A stretch of DNA of 64,000 nucleotides. It comes from Cyanophora paradoxa CCMP329. Lineage: Eukaryota; Plantae; Glaucophyta. Below are positions 60,201 to 64,000 of this stretch, piece by piece. The notes under the pieces were generated by a model that saw only the letters and a list, made by a program, of their open reading frames with translations, searched no databases and had not been told where the DNA came from. Where the stretch lies: the NCBI GenBank assembly GCA_004431415.1, contig QPMI01000015.1, positions 1 through 64,000 on the forward strand, given 5' to 3'. Both the position numbers and the translations under genes were made by a program. How positions within the stretch are numbered: position 1 is the stretch's first letter; each line of letters begins with the position of its first letter.

Positions 60201-63200
60201 CACGAATCGTGACAACTTGGGTGGTTGTAAAATCCCAGTCGTCCGTTGCGACGATTGTGAGGTTTGCTGTACCGGATGCGCGAGGAGGGATGTTTATCTG
60301 GCGGCAAAATTCAATTAACGTTAGGCGTAGATTGTACGCGTAGATAAAGAAGCTGCGAACAAGCAGTTTGCGATCACGGCCAGTTCCGGTGATGCGGACG
60401 CCGGCAGGATCCACGATCGATGTATTCGATGACTCAATCTTAAATACGACGTTAGACGCGTTCCCATTCTCTACGAAGAGCTTAAAAGAGGCGTCCGCGA
60501 TGGGCTGATCATGATTGTTTGCGCCCGATTCTGCGAGCGCCCCGCGACGGAGCGCGAGCGTCCTGTTTGCCTTCGGTACCCGGACGCTCATGGGCTTCTC
60601 CAGGCCCTCAAGCACGGGAGCTGCGAGCCGGGGTAATATCAGAAAAGTTCGAAAAGTTTCAAAGCAGAAAGCATCAGACGCACGTGTGGAGAACCGCGCA
60701 TCGATGACGACCTTGTTTGTCTCGACTCCATTTTCGCTCATTAGCGAGAGCTCGATCGACGTCTTGCCGCGGCCCTCGCGCCCCGTCGCGTTGACCACCA
60801 GAATGCGAGATTCGCCCTCGCCCGTCAGGTAGATGCTGTCTCGCGGGACGACCGACTCGTTGGAAGAAGTGGCGATGAGCCAGCGACCCTGTTCAGATTC
60901 CGAAGCCGGCGGGAGGACGTAGGAAAGAACACTTTCAGCCTGGGAGCCTGGCGGCGCCCTGATTTTCTCCGTCTTATTTTCCGCCTTCAGCGTCCCCACT
61001 GCCGCGCTCTTCAGCTCAATGCAAGAGCAAGAAGAATGACTCCAGGCCAGAGACTTACCTCGAGACAGAATCACCGGGAGCTCGACTGATCCCTTGTACT
61101 CCTCAACGTCCGAGATATGCAGTTTCACGGACCCCGCAAAGCTGGACGTCTCGTTCGCTGTTTGGATGACGAGCGTTCGATTGCAGCCCGAGCCCACAAC
61201 CGAGATCCTAAACACAAATGTCAAATTAAAATCGACAGAGCTTGGAATGCTGATACAATATAATTATGAAATAGAAAAGGCACGCAGACCAATCGTTCGG
61301 AATGACAGCGGCATCGCTCGACTCGACCGCAATGGAAGCGTTCTCACACGGAGGATTGTCGAGCTCGAGAGAGAAGCGAGTCCGCAGCTCCCAGCCGGGC
61401 TGGCCTCTTGCAGCATCGTACTCAAATAGTGCGGACGGGGCTGTACAAAGGTGCTCATGATCAGCCCTTGAAATTGTTTCTCGCGATTATATGCTTCTAG
61501 ATCTGTGCGATATACGCATGCACACCCGTCGAAGATATGACTATGAAGGACTGCGTGCTCTCGATGCCGTCCGTATCTAGAGCAAACAGCGTGACGACGG
61601 ATCGGCCACGAGCCTCGCTCGTTATGCCCGTGAGCATCCTTCCAGGCGTGACTGCGCGGTCAGAAAGCGTCAGATGTCGTTATCGCTAGCTGCAGCTGTA
61701 GCTGCCGCCTACTGTTGAACGAAGCGAAGAGCTCGGGAAAAGAAGCCAGCCATCCGAGTTTGAGGTCTCTGGAATCCCCGTTGTCCGTGCTGAGCATCAG
61801 CGCGACAGACAAGGGTTGTTTGGGGCTCAGACGAAGCTTGGCGGGGACTCCAATTCGAGGACCTGATACCAAGATTAGGAGCTTAGCGCTCTCTAAATTT
61901 ATTACTATTCAGCGCACCGTTAACAACCATCAGCAACGACGCGAGCTCAATCTCGAAGCCGTATGCGTCCTCAACAAGAACCTCGATCGGGGTACTGCCG
62001 ATGACGTCGCTCGCTTCGATCTTCGTAGCCGCGCGCGGACTGTTAGATCTAGATATTCGATCTGCTCAGAAATATACATGCTCTTCTTTACCTTGACCCG
62101 TCGCTTGCATCCAGAGGACGCCACAATTACGGTGTGCGCGCCGAAGAACGTCGTGTTTGCGCCTTCGGCTGGGGTCCGAACGCTGACAGATGCTCCCTCG
62201 CACGTTCCCAGGGCAACGCTCAGGTCTAAAAGGAATTCTTTCGTTCCCTGTGCTTTTACCACAATGCGATTCGGCCATCCTGAGATGGAAGGATCTGCAA
62301 CCAGAGCCCATTATTAGCCTATGCATATGGTCGCCTTAAAGCTTGCATCCCACATCGCGCACTGTCGCTGACGACGATCTTGAGCGGGAGGGTCTCCGAA
62401 ATCCCATCTGGATCTGCGGCGGACACGGAACATGTAGCAATTCCAGTGGTGTTTGCTGCAGGCTGGAAGCCGATTTCGCGGAGGAGTCCGCCAGTCGTGT
62501 CAACAGTTATGTTGACAATCGGGGCCTTAGCCCCGCCGCCTGAGCTGTCGGCACTGCAGATCCCCGACAATGCCACCGACTGCACATCCGAGTTGTCGTT
62601 TGCAAGACGGACAGCCGAAGCGAGCGGTTTGTTCACGTAAACATCCAGCTCGGTAGACGGAGCAAAAAGGTGGACTTGCGGTCCCCGCACGACCAGCACT
62701 GGAATCGCGAGCGATGTAGCAAATCCACTGCCCGAATCAGACGCGTTCACTAAGAGCACAGTGGAGCTTGTAGTGGAAGTCACAATCGTTCCAGAGATCA
62801 GCAGCTTGATTGCAGAGAGTCCGCCGGCACCGCTTGAGCTCGATTCCGCACTCGATCCGCTGACAGAGTCTGACATAACATAGACAGAACCCGTCGAGGT
62901 GCCTATATTTGGTATAACAGCAGTGCTGGCCGGCGATGCATGTCCGTTCAGATCGCGCAGGAATCCGTACGGCACAGAGATATCGCATCCGACGGATAGC
63001 GGAACGGTAGGTGGGGACTGGGAGAGTTTGAGGACAAACTTTCGGGGCGTGCACTTCAAAGCCGGAGCTGCGCGTTGCTCTTTCGTCAAAGGCTCGCAAG
63101 GATTTGCACATTCAGGTCCGACGCACGCATCGTCACTCGAACACTGATTGATGATGAAGATTCGAATCCCTCGGCGTCCCTCACTTTTACTTCCAAGAAA

Positions 63201-64000
63201 GCGACACCCACCTTACTTTGATTGGAAGAAGAATGCACTGCAAAGACCTGGCAAGGCCAGCCTCCCGCAGCGCGAGCGCCTGGGCACTCTCGCGATCCCA
63301 GCTTGCGACCACTTATCAAGGTCACATCGGAGGATCCGGAGCTGATAATGACATCCCAGACCGGAGCGGCTGACCTCGAACCAGCAACGTTTTCGATTCG
63401 CGCAAAGCATTCGAAAAAGTATGCGGATGCTGGTTGCATAGCAATGTTGGAGACATTGCAGATGATGCCGGGGGCTGCGATTTTCGAAATTCGCGATCAC
63501 ATCGCGCTCGGCAAGCGGCGGCAAAACGACGATCATATTCATCAGCGCACCTGTATTAACGACAAACGGTAAACTTAGAACTGTCGAGTAGTTCTCCTGG
63601 TCTACTACAGTCGTCGTCAGCGTTCCAGAACCTCGAGCCCCGGCTGTTGGCGTGAGAGAAATACTAAGACTGTTCGAACTGAAGGTCGGTTTGATGCTTG
63701 CAGCACTGATCACTTGCTCGTTGGATGAAATCCACACCCGGATTGCAGGTTCCTTGTTGTCCGCAAGAATAGAGCAATCGATACTGAAGCTTGTCTGGTT
63801 CACCAAAGGCAGAAGCTTTGGTGCAGGGCATGAGATAATCGGCGCTACCGCAAGAGCCGTATGAGCCAGGGTATATAAAGCACAACACATGCTCCAGTGT
63901 GGATGGCAAATTAAATACCTCGGGGAATCTGAAGACTCAGTTGCGCAGACGCCGCCCCCCCATCCTTGTCTTGGACCATCACGTCAAGCATTACGGCGCC
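57261..64000 (-). CDS. 3' part of a large type-I membrane/surface protein: tandem cadherin/Ig-like repeats, SEA-like module, TM helix and low-complexity tail
   Basis: Repeats such as SSNTSIVDPAGVRITGTGRDRKL..GTANLTIVATDD and SSNEQVIS..ISLTPTAGARGSGTLTTTVVD; RPGSVVLDVRV; TM IAVGAAVGGAALVGIAIAAVWFV followed by RSARRSR. Confidence 0.75.

Overview
The window has two compartments. Positions 1 to about 14019 are the right-hand part of an AT-rich endogenous Polinton/Maverick-like DNA virus with all genes on the + strand. It encodes a double-jelly-roll major capsid protein, an A32/FtsK-like packaging ATPase, small orphan ORFs (two are AT-hook paralogues), an AEP primase-SF3 helicase, a GIY-YIG nuclease, a Polinton-type protein-primed family B polymerase with an eroded exonuclease, and an rve integrase. 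About 2 kb of non-coding sequence follows, containing tandem arrays and an iteron-like module that is also found just downstream of the helicase gene. A 73-nt fold-back hairpin lies exactly at the virus/host junction. Most large viral genes are broken by small frameshifts, from long-read indels or recent decay. From about 14020 onward the sequence is very GC-rich, intron-dense eukaryotic DNA, probably a protist or alga. It carries MRG15/Eaf3, ETF-alpha, a plant-type Shaker K+ channel (CNBD, ankyrin, KHA), a partial inverted MATE copy and a full MATE gene, an orphan gene, a Cache-HAMP-PAS hybrid histidine kinase, two tandem multi-zinc-finger paralogues, and the 3' part of a large cadherin-like/SEA surface protein. 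The best candidate for a novel system is the viral replication module: a potentially self-priming 3' hairpin, a duplicated origin-like module, a primase-helicase and an apparently proofreading-deficient pPolB together in one integrase-bearing element. Spliced-gene boundaries are approximate and all family calls come from motif recognition, not database searches.
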